From Candidatus Shapirobacteria bacterium (GTDB lineage Bacteria > Patescibacteriota > Microgenomatia > UBA12405), in the NCBI GenBank assembly GCA_028704635.1, contig JAQWFB010000002.1, forward strand, positions 693-64,692: a stretch of 64,000 bases of DNA, read 5' to 3'. The notes beneath the pieces are model-generated. The model did not search any database and was not told the DNA's origin. It worked only from the letters and a program-made list of their open reading frames with translations. This document shows positions 1-8,904 of the stretch, piece by piece. Position 1 is the stretch's first letter; every line of letters starts with the position of its first letter. Both the position numbers and the translations under genes were made by a program.

Positions 1-155
1 CTAGTCTGACCAGACCAACAGGTATCAAAATCTGTCGCTTTACTTCTATTCTCCTGACTCTGTTGAACCAATTTTGTCGTTATTGGAAGCGCAATCGCTA
101 TCACCAACATTGCCACCATAACTACTATTGAAGCTATCCCTTTTTGTTTATTCAT
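1..155 (-). CDS. Partial CDS (N-terminal part only; gene runs off window start). N-terminus MNKQKGIASIVVMVAMLVIAIALPI suggests a signal-anchor/exported protein
   Basis: ATG at 153-155 (minus strand), open to position 1. Hydrophobic N-terminal helix. Confidence 0.35.
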   Translation of the reverse strand, partial: MNKQKGIASIVVMVAMLVIAIALPITTKLVQQSQENRSKATDFDTCWSGQT

Positions 156-257
156 TTTTTATAAAAACATTTGATAGAAAAGTAAACCACTTTTAAAAAA
201 CTCTGTCAACCGATCATTTATTAAATAAACTTAAAATTAACTGAATTTCTTAAATCC

Positions 258-1304
258 CTAAAAAATTCTTCTAATATCCCCAATTGTAATCAACAAAATT
301 AAACCTAATAGAACCATCATCCCGATATTATTTACAACAATTTCAAATTTTTGATTTGCTTTTTTTCTAAAAATCATTTCATATAACACAAACACAATTC
401 TGCCACCATCCAACGCTGGAAATGGTAAAACATTCACCACTGCTAAATTAACTGAAACAATTCCAAAAAAATGAATCACTGCTAATAATCCCTGATTATT
501 CTTAATCGAACTAGTTGCCTCATACATTCCCACTGGACCACTAACATCTTTTGGCACATGACCAGTCACCAAACCCCATACCATTTCTCCAACTCCATTA
601 ATAATTATTTTCCCCCAATAAAAAGCCTCTTTAAATCCTGCCCCAATTCCTTCATAAAATCGATACCAAGGTACCTTCACCATTTCTGTGTTTGAAATCG
701 CAATTCCAACACTTCCCTCTCCTTCCGGTGGATTTTCTCTAACTTCTACATCAAAATCTTTTTCTACTTGAGAAACTTGATAAACTTTCAACTTAACAAA
801 CTGTCCTTTATATTTTGCCACTTCTGTTGTTAATTCACTCGGTGTTTTAATTTCTTTATCAGCTACTTTCAAAATCACATCATTTTCTTTTAATCCCGCT
901 TTTTCCGCTGGCGAATCTTTTGAGATCCCAATAATTGCCACTTTGTTTGTTTCTTTTGGTACTCCCAAAATTGCATAAACCACACTAAAAATCACCACCG
1001 CCAAAACTAAATTCATTAGCACTCCACCCAAAACAATTAATAGTTTTTGCCAAGGATTTTTATTATTAAAAGCATCTTTTCCTTTTCCATCACCATCCTC
1101 ACCATACAACCTACAAAAACCTCCAATCATCAACCAATTTATACTATATATAGTATCTCCGAATTTTTTTCCAATAATTCTTGGCGGCAATCCTAATCCA
1201 AATTCCTCCACTTTTACACCAGTTTTTCTGGCCGCAATAAAATGCCCCCACTCATGAACCAAAACCAATACCGACAACGCCAAGATAAAAAATATTAAAT
1301 CCAT
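258..1304 (-). CDS. rseP: RIP zinc metalloprotease RseP (site-2 protease, M50, with PDZ domain)
   Basis: HEWGHF zinc motif near N-terminus, PDZ-like central region, C-terminal LDGG motif. Downstream of frr as in many bacteria. Confidence 0.85.
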   Translation of the reverse strand: MDLIFFILALSVLVLVHEWGHFIAARKTGVKVEEFGLGLPPRIIGKKFGDTIYSINWLMIGGFCRLYGEDGDGKGKDAFNNKNPWQKLLIVLGGVLMNLVLAVVIFSVVYAILGVPKETNKVAIIGISKDSPAEKAGLKENDVILKVADKEIKTPSELTTEVAKYKGQFVKLKVYQVSQVEKDFDVEVRENPPEGEGSVGIAISNTEMVKVPWYRFYEGIGAGFKEAFYWGKIIINGVGEMVWGLVTGHVPKDVSGPVGMYEATSSIKNNQGLLAVIHFFGIVSVNLAVVNVLPFPALDGGRIVFVLYEMIFRKKANQKFEIVVNNIGMMVLLGLILLITIGDIRRIF

Positions 1305-1324
1305 TTTTACATTTTAACAAAACA

Positions 1325-1876
1325 TTATCCTCTAATCTCAAGCTCTTTTTTCTTAGCCACTTCTTCCAATTTTCCAATATACAAATCTGTCGTCTTTTGT
1401 AATTCAGTTTCATTTTTTCTAAATTCATCTTCAGAAACAGTTTTTTCCTGCTTAGCTTTCTGTAAATCAGATCTAAAATCAGCTCGAGCATCACGAATCA
1501 TTACTCTTGCCCCCTCTAATTTTCTTCCTAAAAGTTTTACATAATCCTCTCTTTGCTCCACTGTCAACATTGGCAAATTCATTCTAATTATTTGACCATC
1601 AATTGATGGCATCATTCCAATATTTGCCGCTTCAATTCCATTGTTTATTTCTCGAATCAAAGTCTGATCCCATGGTTCAAAAGTTAAACTTCGAACATCA
1701 GGAACTCCAATTGATCCTAATTCAATTAATCTCATTTTTTGTCCACCATAAACCGTCACCACCACATTCTCAATTAATCCCGGTGTCGCCCTCCCCGTTC
1801 TAATCGATGCAATATCATTTACAAACAAAGCAGTAATTTTATCCATTCGGGTTTTTACATCAGTGAAATTTATCAT
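1325..1876 (-). CDS. frr: Ribosome recycling factor
   Basis: 183 aa. Typical RRF sequence (VYGGQKMRLIELGSI...REDYVKLL...). Confidence 0.9.
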   Translation of the reverse strand: MINFTDVKTRMDKITALFVNDIASIRTGRATPGLIENVVVTVYGGQKMRLIELGSIGVPDVRSLTFEPWDQTLIREINNGIEAANIGMMPSIDGQIIRMNLPMLTVEQREDYVKLLGRKLEGARVMIRDARADFRSDLQKAKQEKTVSEDEFRKNETELQKTTDLYIGKLEEVAKKKELEIRG

Positions 1877-1894
1877 ACCCTGATTATACCAAAC

Positions 1895-1922
1895 AAAACC
1901 TCCCCTTCTTCAAGGGGAGGTG
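1895..1922 (-). terminator. Intrinsic terminator after tsf (cctcccc-loop-ggggagg), followed on the minus strand by an extended -10 (tgGTATAAT) for frr
   Basis: Perfect 7-bp GC stem plus T-run on minus strand. TGnTATAAT at about 1880-1890 (minus). Confidence 0.55.
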
Positions 1923-1952
1923 GATTTCGATGTAATCGAAAGACAGAGGGGT

Positions 1953-2411
1953 TTAAATCTCAAATCTTGCGAATCTATTGATTTTCATATTTTCGCCAAA
2001 TTTAGCAATTAAAGCCTTAACCATCTCATCAATGGTTTTACTTGAATCTTTAATAAATTCTTGTTTAAGTAATTCTTCTACTGTTTCTGGATTCATAGCT
2101 GCTACTTGTAAACAAAGATCTCTGGTCAAAGCCAAAAAATCCTCATTCTTAGCCACAAAATCAGTTTCACATAAAAGCTCCACCATGACTCCAATTTTGC
2201 CGGTTGAATGGGTATAAGTTGCTACTCTTCCCTGATTAGTTTCTCTTTCGGTTTTAGATTCCGCCTTTTTAAAACCTTTTTCTTTTAAAATTTCCTTGGC
2301 TCTTTTTTCATCGCCTTCAGCTTCTTCTAAAGCTGCTTTGATTTCCATAATCCCCAAGCCCATCTCAGCTCGAAGTTTTTTAACTAATTCAATTATATTT
2401 TTTTGATCCAT
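1953..2411 (-). CDS. tsf: Elongation factor Ts (short form)
   Basis: N-terminal UBA-like LVKKLRAEMGLGIMEIKAAL. Typical EF-Ts core. Confidence 0.85.
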   Translation of the reverse strand: MDQKNIIELVKKLRAEMGLGIMEIKAALEEAEGDEKRAKEILKEKGFKKAESKTERETNQGRVATYTHSTGKIGVMVELLCETDFVAKNEDFLALTRDLCLQVAAMNPETVEELLKQEFIKDSSKTIDEMVKALIAKFGENMKINRFARFEI

Positions 2412-2426
2412 AATTTTATTTTTAAA

Positions 2427-3341
2427 TTATTTAACTCCTGCTGCTTTAATTGCTTTTCCAATTTCTTCAACAATTAAAGTCACACTTTTAACACTATCGT
2501 CGTTTGCTGGAACAGCAAAATCAATTTTAAATGGATTAGCATCACTATCAACAATGCCCACTACTTTAACGTTTCTAAGTTTTGCTTCTTTAATAGCTGT
2601 TTTTTCAAAACCAGCATCAACCACAAATAAAATATCAAAAAATTTATCAACCCCAACTAAACCACCAACAATTTTTTCTAGTCTGGCAATTTCTTTATTC
2701 ATTTGTGACAACTCCTTTTTAGTAGCATCAACAAATTTACCTTTTTCTAAACCTTCCCTAAGATCAGTCAATTTTTTAACATTCTTTTTAATTTGATCCC
2801 AATTAGAAATAGTCCCACCTAACCATCTGTCAGTTACATAAGGCACACCAGCTTCCATTGCTACTCTTCGAACCACTTCGCGAGCTTGTCGTTTAGTTCC
2901 CACTAAAACTATTTGTTTACCATTTCTTTTACTGTTGTAAATAAAATTACAAGCTTTTTCTAAAGATTCCAAAGTTTTAACCAAATCAAAAACTTGAACT
3001 CCATCTTTTTGAGTATAAACATTCTCTAATGCTTTTGGATGAGTTTTAGAAATTTTGTGTCCTAAATGACTTCCAGCCGCTAATAAATCTTTAAGTCCAA
3101 TAGTTAAATTGTATTTCTTATCTTCCTTGGCCACCATAGCTTTAGTGTCGACGATCTCATTGATTTCACTCTTTTTCTTATCCAAGGCAATTTTTTCCAA
3201 AGCCACTTTTTCATTCATCTTTTTGATGTTTTCAGAAGTGATATTGCTTTGAGTTTTTGTCTTAACTACCAAAGCTTTTTTAACCAAAGATTTTCCGCTT
3301 CGGTTGACGGTTTTTGTGATTACTTTCTTTTTTTCTGTCAT
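2427..3341 (-). CDS. rpsB: 30S ribosomal protein S2 with about 70-aa Lys-rich N-terminal extension
   Basis: S2 core LLAAGSHLGH...WLGGTISNW. rpsB-tsf gene order. Confidence 0.9.
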   Translation of the reverse strand: MTEKKKVITKTVNRSGKSLVKKALVVKTKTQSNITSENIKKMNEKVALEKIALDKKKSEINEIVDTKAMVAKEDKKYNLTIGLKDLLAAGSHLGHKISKTHPKALENVYTQKDGVQVFDLVKTLESLEKACNFIYNSKRNGKQIVLVGTKRQAREVVRRVAMEAGVPYVTDRWLGGTISNWDQIKKNVKKLTDLREGLEKGKFVDATKKELSQMNKEIARLEKIVGGLVGVDKFFDILFVVDAGFEKTAIKEAKLRNVKVVGIVDSDANPFKIDFAVPANDDSVKSVTLIVEEIGKAIKAAGVK

Positions 3342-3445
3342 TTTTTTCCTTATTTTTTGATTTTTAACACAGGGAATAATTTTACCCAGGATAAATACAT
3401 GTTAAAAATTTAAGAATTATTAACTCAAGGATTATATCACAAAAT

Positions 3446-3619
3446 CTAACCTCTTCTAACCTTAGACTCTCTTATTCTCTCTTGTAATATCTGAAATTTC
3501 ATTACTTCTTCAACTGAACCTTCCCCTGTTTCTAATTTTCCACGCAATTCTTCAAGATTTTTACTTCTCTTAGAGAGTATTATTTCCTCTCTTTTAATAC
3601 TATTAATATTTTCTTTCAT
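3446..3619 (-). CDS. Small hypothetical protein (57 aa, charged/coiled-coil-like), not in ORF track
   Basis: ATG..TAG open frame in an otherwise gene-free 1-kb gap. No homology recognised. Confidence 0.2.
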   Translation of the reverse strand: MKENINSIKREEIILSKRSKNLEELRGKLETGEGSVEEVMKFQILQERIRESKVRRG

Positions 3620-3659
3620 AGTGAATATTTATAAAAAAACAACCCGAAAATACTAAAAC

Positions 3660-3716
3660 TTTTAAAAACAACAAAATGGAAAAGGGTGGAGAAAGATTCT
3701 CCTCTCCACCCTTTTC
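3660..3716. terminator. Palindromic GC-rich hairpin (aagggtggagag...ctctccaccctt) flanked by T-runs on both strands
   Basis: About 12-bp inverted repeat seen directly. Confidence 0.4.
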
Positions 3717-3887
3717 CGGCACTATTTCTGCTTTGATTTTTTATTGCCACTTTTTTTCTTATTCCCATTCTTAGAACGAGTTAATCTTTTTTCATCCCTA
3801 CTTGAAAAACCCTCTTGTCCTTTTTTACCTTCTAATCTTGCAGCCTGACTTCTTGTCAACATATTAATCAACACACTCCTCTTGTTT

Positions 3888-4049
3888 TTATTTTTTCTTC
3901 TTATTTCTTTTATTGCCAAAACCACTGTGACTGTCTAAATCCCATTGAAGTTTTTCAATCTGAGCGATTGTTCTGGGATCATGCCTTCCTGATTCACATA
4001 ATTGCTTTAATTCCTTTTTTTTTGCCGATGCATTTCCACTCACAACCAT
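3888..4049 (-). CDS. Small hypothetical protein (53 aa) with strong SD (aagaggag) 6 nt upstream
   Basis: ATG at 4047-4049 (minus), RBS 4054-4061 (minus). Overlaps the annotated 3722..3925 ORF, which starts at GTG and has no RBS. Confidence 0.3.
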   Translation of the reverse strand: MVVSGNASAKKKELKQLCESGRHDPRTIAQIEKLQWDLDSHSGFGNKRNKKKK

Positions 4050-4345
4050 ACACTCCTCTTATTTTTTATCCTTCTAATCTAACTGTTTCGCTTGATATTT
4101 ACACACCACCAAACTTTCTGTTTTCTTTTTTTTGCCTTTTTTCTTCGGAGTAGTTTTTGTTGTTATTTTTTTACCCATGCCAAAACATCCCTTTCTTCCA
4201 CAGACTTCCTCAAATTATAGTATTTTCGGATTATCAAAGTACTTTAAAAATTTAAACCAAAATAGCCACTACTTTAGCCAAATTTTCAGAAATTATAACA
4301 CATCTTTCACTAATTGCCTTTTCTGTTTTATAATAAGAGTACTTT

Positions 4346-6511
4346 ATGTCCGAAACGGCAACTCTTTCTATTTTTGAAGTTCGTTTGCCTCAAAACAATG
4401 AATATACTTTTGAGTCGATGTCTGCTTTGTTGTCAAATTTCACTCAAGTTTCCAATCTTTCTTTTTTTGAAAAATTAATTGGCAAAAGAAAAACTATCGT
4501 TTCTCTAGAAATTGTCCTAAAAGACGGCCAAATTCATTTTTATATCGTCGCTCTTTCCGACAATAGTGAATTTCTTCGTTCTCAAATTTTAGCCCAATAT
4601 TCCACTGCCGTTTTAAAAGATACTAAAGATTATTTAACTGAACTTAATCCTCAATTACCTATCAGCTTCACTCAACTCGGTCTTGGTCGACCATCAAACT
4701 ACCCCACTAAAACTGCCAAAGATTTTAAAGATACCGATCCTCTTACCTCTGTTTTAGCTCCTCTTTCTCGATCCAACAATCCTCAAGATTTTTTTCTTTT
4801 TCAAATCCTTTTAAGTGGTGCTCCTAAAAATTGGCAAAGTGGTGTTGTTAGCACCATCCAAAATGGAATTTTAGTCGACAAAGAAAGAAATATTCGCACT
4901 GCCCACCCAGACAAAGCCATCTTCGAACAAAAAATTCAATTTCCTGGCCTTTTAACCCAAATCAATCTCTTCAGTAACAATCCCGGTCTCACCGCTTCTG
5001 TTTCCTCGTCTTTTGGCGCTTACACCAATCCTCGTGGTAATTTTATTAAAAGTTTCAGTCCTGGTTATTTTACTAAAAAGAAACTTCAAGAATCAATTTC
5101 TACTCGTGAATTTAATACTAAATTAAAAAGCCAAATTTTTAATACCGAAGAATTGGCCGCCATTTGGCATTTCCCTAATCAAAATACCAAACTTCCCAAC
5201 ATTGCTTGGGGTAAAAAACTTTATTCTGATCCACCCGAGAATCTTCCGATTGCTGACAATCTCACTCCCGAGGAAAAAAATGAAATTACTTTTTTTGCCA
5301 AAACCGAATTTAGAAATAAAGATTCTATTTTTGGTATCAAAGAAGGCGAAGACCGTCGTCGCCACACCTACATCATCGGTAAATCTGGTACTGGTAAAAC
5401 TACTTTAATTTCTAATATGGCCATCGACGACATCCGCAAAGGTCGAGGTGTTGCTGTTATCGATCCACACGGTGACTTATGTAACACCATTCTTGATTAT
5501 ATTCCTTCCAATCGTATCAACGATTGTTGTTATTTTAATCCCGCCGATCCAGAATATGCCTATCCTCTCAACGTTTTAGAAGCCAAAAACGAATCCCAAA
5601 AAGAATTAATTGCTTCTGGTGTTCTTTCTATCTTTAAAAAACTTTATGGCAATGTCTCCTGGGGACCACGTCTCGAACATATTTTACGAAATGCTGTTTT
5701 AACTCTAGTTAACACTCCAGGTTCTGATATGACTCATATCGTCGAAATTTTAACCAATAAAAATTTTCGTGAACGAGCTGTCGCCGGTTTAACTAATCAA
5801 ACTCTCAAAAATTTCTGGAACAACGAATTTGGTCGCATGGATCCCAAATTTCAGAACGAAGCTGTCTCACCAATTTTAAACAAAGTTGGTCAGTTTATTT
5901 CTTCCACTAAAATCCGAAACACCGTCGCCCATGCTAAATCTAAAATAAATATCCAAGAGATTATGGATCAAAAGAAAATTTTAATTGCCGATTTATCAAC
6001 CGGCCGTCTTGGTGAAGACAATTCTGCTCTTCTTGGTGCCATGTTAATCACTCAAATTCAATTGTCGGCTATGAATCGTGTTTTTCAAGCTGCCGAAGAA
6101 CGTTCTGATTTCTATTTATATGTTGATGAATTTCAAAATTTTGCCACCGAAGCTTTTATTAAAATTCTTTCCGAAGCCCGTAAGTTTAAATTAAATTTAA
6201 TTATCGCCAATCAATATATGTCCCAACTCGATCGCACTATTCAAGATGCCATTCTCGGCAATGTTGGTTCCATTATGTCTTTTGTTGTTGGTAATCAAGA
6301 TGCTTTTATCCTCGCTAAAGAATTTGGTCCTCAATTTCCACCAGAAGATCTAATTAAAATCGGTAAATATCAAATTGTTTGTAAACTTTCCATCGATTCC
6401 GAAACTACCAGGCCTTTTTATGCAAACACCCTTTCTCCCCTTTCCTGTAAAAACCAACAACGAGACAAACTCATCGCCGCCTCCCAACAACGCTGGGGTA
6501 AGAAACTATAA
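4346..6511 (+). CDS. TraD/VirD4/TrwB-family (type IV coupling-protein-like) P-loop ATPase, no N-terminal TM segments
   Basis: Walker A IIGKSGTGKTTL followed by VIDPHGDL. Walker B LYVDEFQNF. FtsK/HerA/TraG-superfamily architecture. Confidence 0.55.
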   Translation: MSETATLSIFEVRLPQNNEYTFESMSALLSNFTQVSNLSFFEKLIGKRKTIVSLEIVLKDGQIHFYIVALSDNSEFLRSQILAQYSTAVLKDTKDYLTELNPQLPISFTQLGLGRPSNYPTKTAKDFKDTDPLTSVLAPLSRSNNPQDFFLFQILLSGAPKNWQSGVVSTIQNGILVDKERNIRTAHPDKAIFEQKIQFPGLLTQINLFSNNPGLTASVSSSFGAYTNPRGNFIKSFSPGYFTKKKLQESISTREFNTKLKSQIFNTEELAAIWHFPNQNTKLPNIAWGKKLYSDPPENLPIADNLTPEEKNEITFFAKTEFRNKDSIFGIKEGEDRRRHTYIIGKSGTGKTTLISNMAIDDIRKGRGVAVIDPHGDLCNTILDYIPSNRINDCCYFNPADPEYAYPLNVLEAKNESQKELIASGVLSIFKKLYGNVSWGPRLEHILRNAVLTLVNTPGSDMTHIVEILTNKNFRERAVAGLTNQTLKNFWNNEFGRMDPKFQNEAVSPILNKVGQFISSTKIRNTVAHAKSKINIQEIMDQKKILIADLSTGRLGEDNSALLGAMLITQIQLSAMNRVFQAAEERSDFYLYVDEFQNFATEAFIKILSEARKFKLNLIIANQYMSQLDRTIQDAILGNVGSIMSFVVGNQDAFILAKEFGPQFPPEDLIKIGKYQIVCKLSIDSETTRPFYANTLSPLSCKNQQRDKLIAASQQRWGKKL

Positions 6512-6512
6512 A

Positions 6513-8507
6513 CTAAGGCTTTTTCCATCCTGCCCATTTACAAGTCGGATATTTTGAGCAACCATAAAACTTTCGTCCAGTTTTAGTTTTGCGAACTACC
6601 CCCTCAGCCCCACACTCCGGACACTTAAATCCTGCATCCTCTTGATATTGTTTTGTATATTTACAATCAGGAAAACGATCACAAGAAATAAATTTTCCAA
6701 ATCTTCCCAATCTAATTACTAAATTTCCGTCTTTACACTCTGGACATTTTTCTCCTGTTTTTTCCGTTTCCACTTTAACCCTTTCACTTTTGTTCTCTGC
6801 TAATTTTAATTCTTTTTCAAATTTTTTCCAAAAATCTTTCATCATTTTTTTCCAATCTTCTTTTCCCAATGACACCTTATCTAAAGTTTCTTCCATTTCC
6901 GCTGTAAAAGGTAGAGATAAAATATTTTCAAAATTTTTCACCAAAAATTCGTTGGTCGCCTGTCCTAAAACTGTCGGTCTAAATTTACCCTCTTCTCTTT
7001 CAATATATTGTCTTAATAAAATAGTTGAAATAATTGGAGCATAAGTTGATGGTCTGCCAATCCCTTGTTTTTCTAAACTGGACACCAAACTGGCATCACT
7101 GTATCGCGGCATTGGATTAGTTTCCGACTCCACCGACCATGACTTTTTGCCCTCAATTTTTTCATTTTCTTTTAATTCTGGCAACACCTGATCTTCATGT
7201 TTATCACCAGTAATTTTTAAAAATCCATCGAACAACATTCTTACTCCTTTAGACTCAAAAATCCCATTGCCATTGGAAAATAAAATAGTCGTATTTTTCA
7301 TTATTGCTGCCGCCGCTTGGGTTGCCACCGCCCTTTTCCAGATCATTTCATACAATTTATTTTCCCTAACATCACCATCATCAATAGTCGGTCTTGATAC
7401 ATTTGTTGGTCTAATTGCCTCATGTGCCTCTTGAGCATTTTTGGCCGTATTTTTATACAATCTAATTTTTGGTACCACATAATTTTGACCAAATTCTTTT
7501 TCAATATATTTTCTAAATTCACCAATTGCCTTCTCAGATAAATAGACCGAATCGGTTCGATGATAAGTAATTAACCCTTTTTCATAAAGTTTTTGAGCCA
7601 CACTCATTGTTTGTTTACCCGACCAACCCATTTTTCTAGATGCCGCCTGTTGTAATTTTGAAGTGGTAAATGCTGGCAATGGTAATCGAGAAACTTCTCT
7701 CTCTAAAACTTTTGTAATTAAAAATACTTTTTCTAAATTTTTTATATATCCATCAGCATCATTCTGTGTCTTAAAACAAGAACTGGTAAAAGAATATTCA
7801 CCATCAAACAATTTTATTTTGTCTGTTTTATAAATATTTTTTCCATCAACTTTAATCAATTCTGCATTAAATTTTTGACCACCTTTTTTTAATTCACTGT
7901 AGATTGAAAAATATTTTTCTTTTTTAAAAGCTTCGATTTCTTTTTCTCTTTCGCAAATCAATCTTACTGCCACCGACTGAACTCTTCCTGCTGACAATCC
8001 TCTTCTCACTTTTTTCCATAAAATTGGTGACAAACTATAACCCACCACTCGATCTAACACTCTTCTGCCTTGTTGAGCATTCACCAAATCCATATCAATT
8101 TCTCGCGATTTTTTTAAAGCTTCTTCAATTGCCTCTTTTGTAATTTCATGGAAAGTTACTCTAGATATTAATTTTTTATCAACTGGTTTTTTTGCATTTA
8201 AAAGAATCCATTTCACATGCCAAGAAATTGCTTCTCCTTCACGATCAGGATCAGACGCTAAAAGAATCTGTTTTGCAGATTTTGAAGCCTTTACTAACTC
8301 ATCAACCACTTTTTTCTTTTTATTATCAATCACATATTCCACTTCAAAATTTTTAAAATCCACTGCCATTTTATTTGTCGGCAAATCTCGAATATGTCCC
8401 ACAGTTGCTAATACTTTATAATCATTACCTAAATATTTCCCTATAGTTCTGGCTTTTGTTGGTGATTCTACAATTAATAGTTTTTTCATTTTATCTCTCA
8501 TTCTCAT
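6513..8507 (-). CDS. topA: DNA topoisomerase I with two C-terminal C4 zinc ribbons
   Basis: Toprim N-terminus LLIVESPTKARTIGKYLG. Catalytic Tyr region. C-terminal CPECKDG...CDRFPDC and CPECG...CSKYPTC. Confidence 0.9.
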   Translation of the reverse strand: MRMRDKMKKLLIVESPTKARTIGKYLGNDYKVLATVGHIRDLPTNKMAVDFKNFEVEYVIDNKKKKVVDELVKASKSAKQILLASDPDREGEAISWHVKWILLNAKKPVDKKLISRVTFHEITKEAIEEALKKSREIDMDLVNAQQGRRVLDRVVGYSLSPILWKKVRRGLSAGRVQSVAVRLICEREKEIEAFKKEKYFSIYSELKKGGQKFNAELIKVDGKNIYKTDKIKLFDGEYSFTSSCFKTQNDADGYIKNLEKVFLITKVLEREVSRLPLPAFTTSKLQQAASRKMGWSGKQTMSVAQKLYEKGLITYHRTDSVYLSEKAIGEFRKYIEKEFGQNYVVPKIRLYKNTAKNAQEAHEAIRPTNVSRPTIDDGDVRENKLYEMIWKRAVATQAAAAIMKNTTILFSNGNGIFESKGVRMLFDGFLKITGDKHEDQVLPELKENEKIEGKKSWSVESETNPMPRYSDASLVSSLEKQGIGRPSTYAPIISTILLRQYIEREEGKFRPTVLGQATNEFLVKNFENILSLPFTAEMEETLDKVSLGKEDWKKMMKDFWKKFEKELKLAENKSERVKVETEKTGEKCPECKDGNLVIRLGRFGKFISCDRFPDCKYTKQYQEDAGFKCPECGAEGVVRKTKTGRKFYGCSKYPTCKWAGWKKP

Positions 8508-8532
8508 CTATAGTACCATCTCTGTCAAGCCA

Positions 8533-8844
8533 TCAATGTTTTCTTAATTTTAAAGGTACTATTTTAATTGGCAATATTTTTCCATCTAAATTCATTCTTT
8601 TTCTAGTAACCATATTTGGTCTCAAAATCAATTTGCAATCATCATTTTCACCTTGGATTTCTTCCAATACTCTCTTACCAACATTAAGCTTATAATCACT
8701 CTTGTAACCTTCAGAACCACCATCATCAATCGACACCATCTCTCCATTCGATTTTTTCAAAGAAACCAAACTACCCCGACAAACTTTTTTTATTTGACGT
8801 TTTTCATTCCATTCTCTTAAAGATCCTAAACATTTTTCAACCAT
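8533..8844 (-). CDS. Hypothetical protein (103 aa), co-directional and 25 nt upstream of topA
   Basis: ORF only. Tight spacing with topA suggests co-transcription. Confidence 0.4.
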   Translation of the reverse strand: MVEKCLGSLREWNEKRQIKKVCRGSLVSLKKSNGEMVSIDDGGSEGYKSDYKLNVGKRVLEEIQGENDDCKLILRPNMVTRKRMNLDGKILPIKIVPLKLRKH

Positions 8845-8904
8845 CTTTTTATTTAATTACTAACCTATTTTAGGGATTATTGTAACATACCCCAAAATTT
8901 TAAT

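Noticed and set aside
1252-1494. 80-aa minus-strand ORF overlapping the rseP 5' end and frr 3' end
   Set aside because: Lies in alternative frame across two well-supported genes. Low-complexity Lys-rich. AT-rich frame artefact.
1603-2796. Plus-strand ORFs 1603-1803, 1978-2217, 2554-2796 antisense to frr, tsf, rpsB
   Set aside because: Antisense to strongly supported housekeeping genes. No motifs.
3722-3925. 67-aa Lys-rich ORF from the track
   Set aside because: Starts at GTG without RBS and is overlapped by an SD-supported ATG ORF (3888-4049). Kept only as a possibility in the findings.
3968-4377. Two plus-strand ORFs (61 and 81 aa) upstream of the VirD4-like gene
   Set aside because: Phe/Pro/Ser low-complexity translation of poly-T/poly-C sequence. 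No start context.
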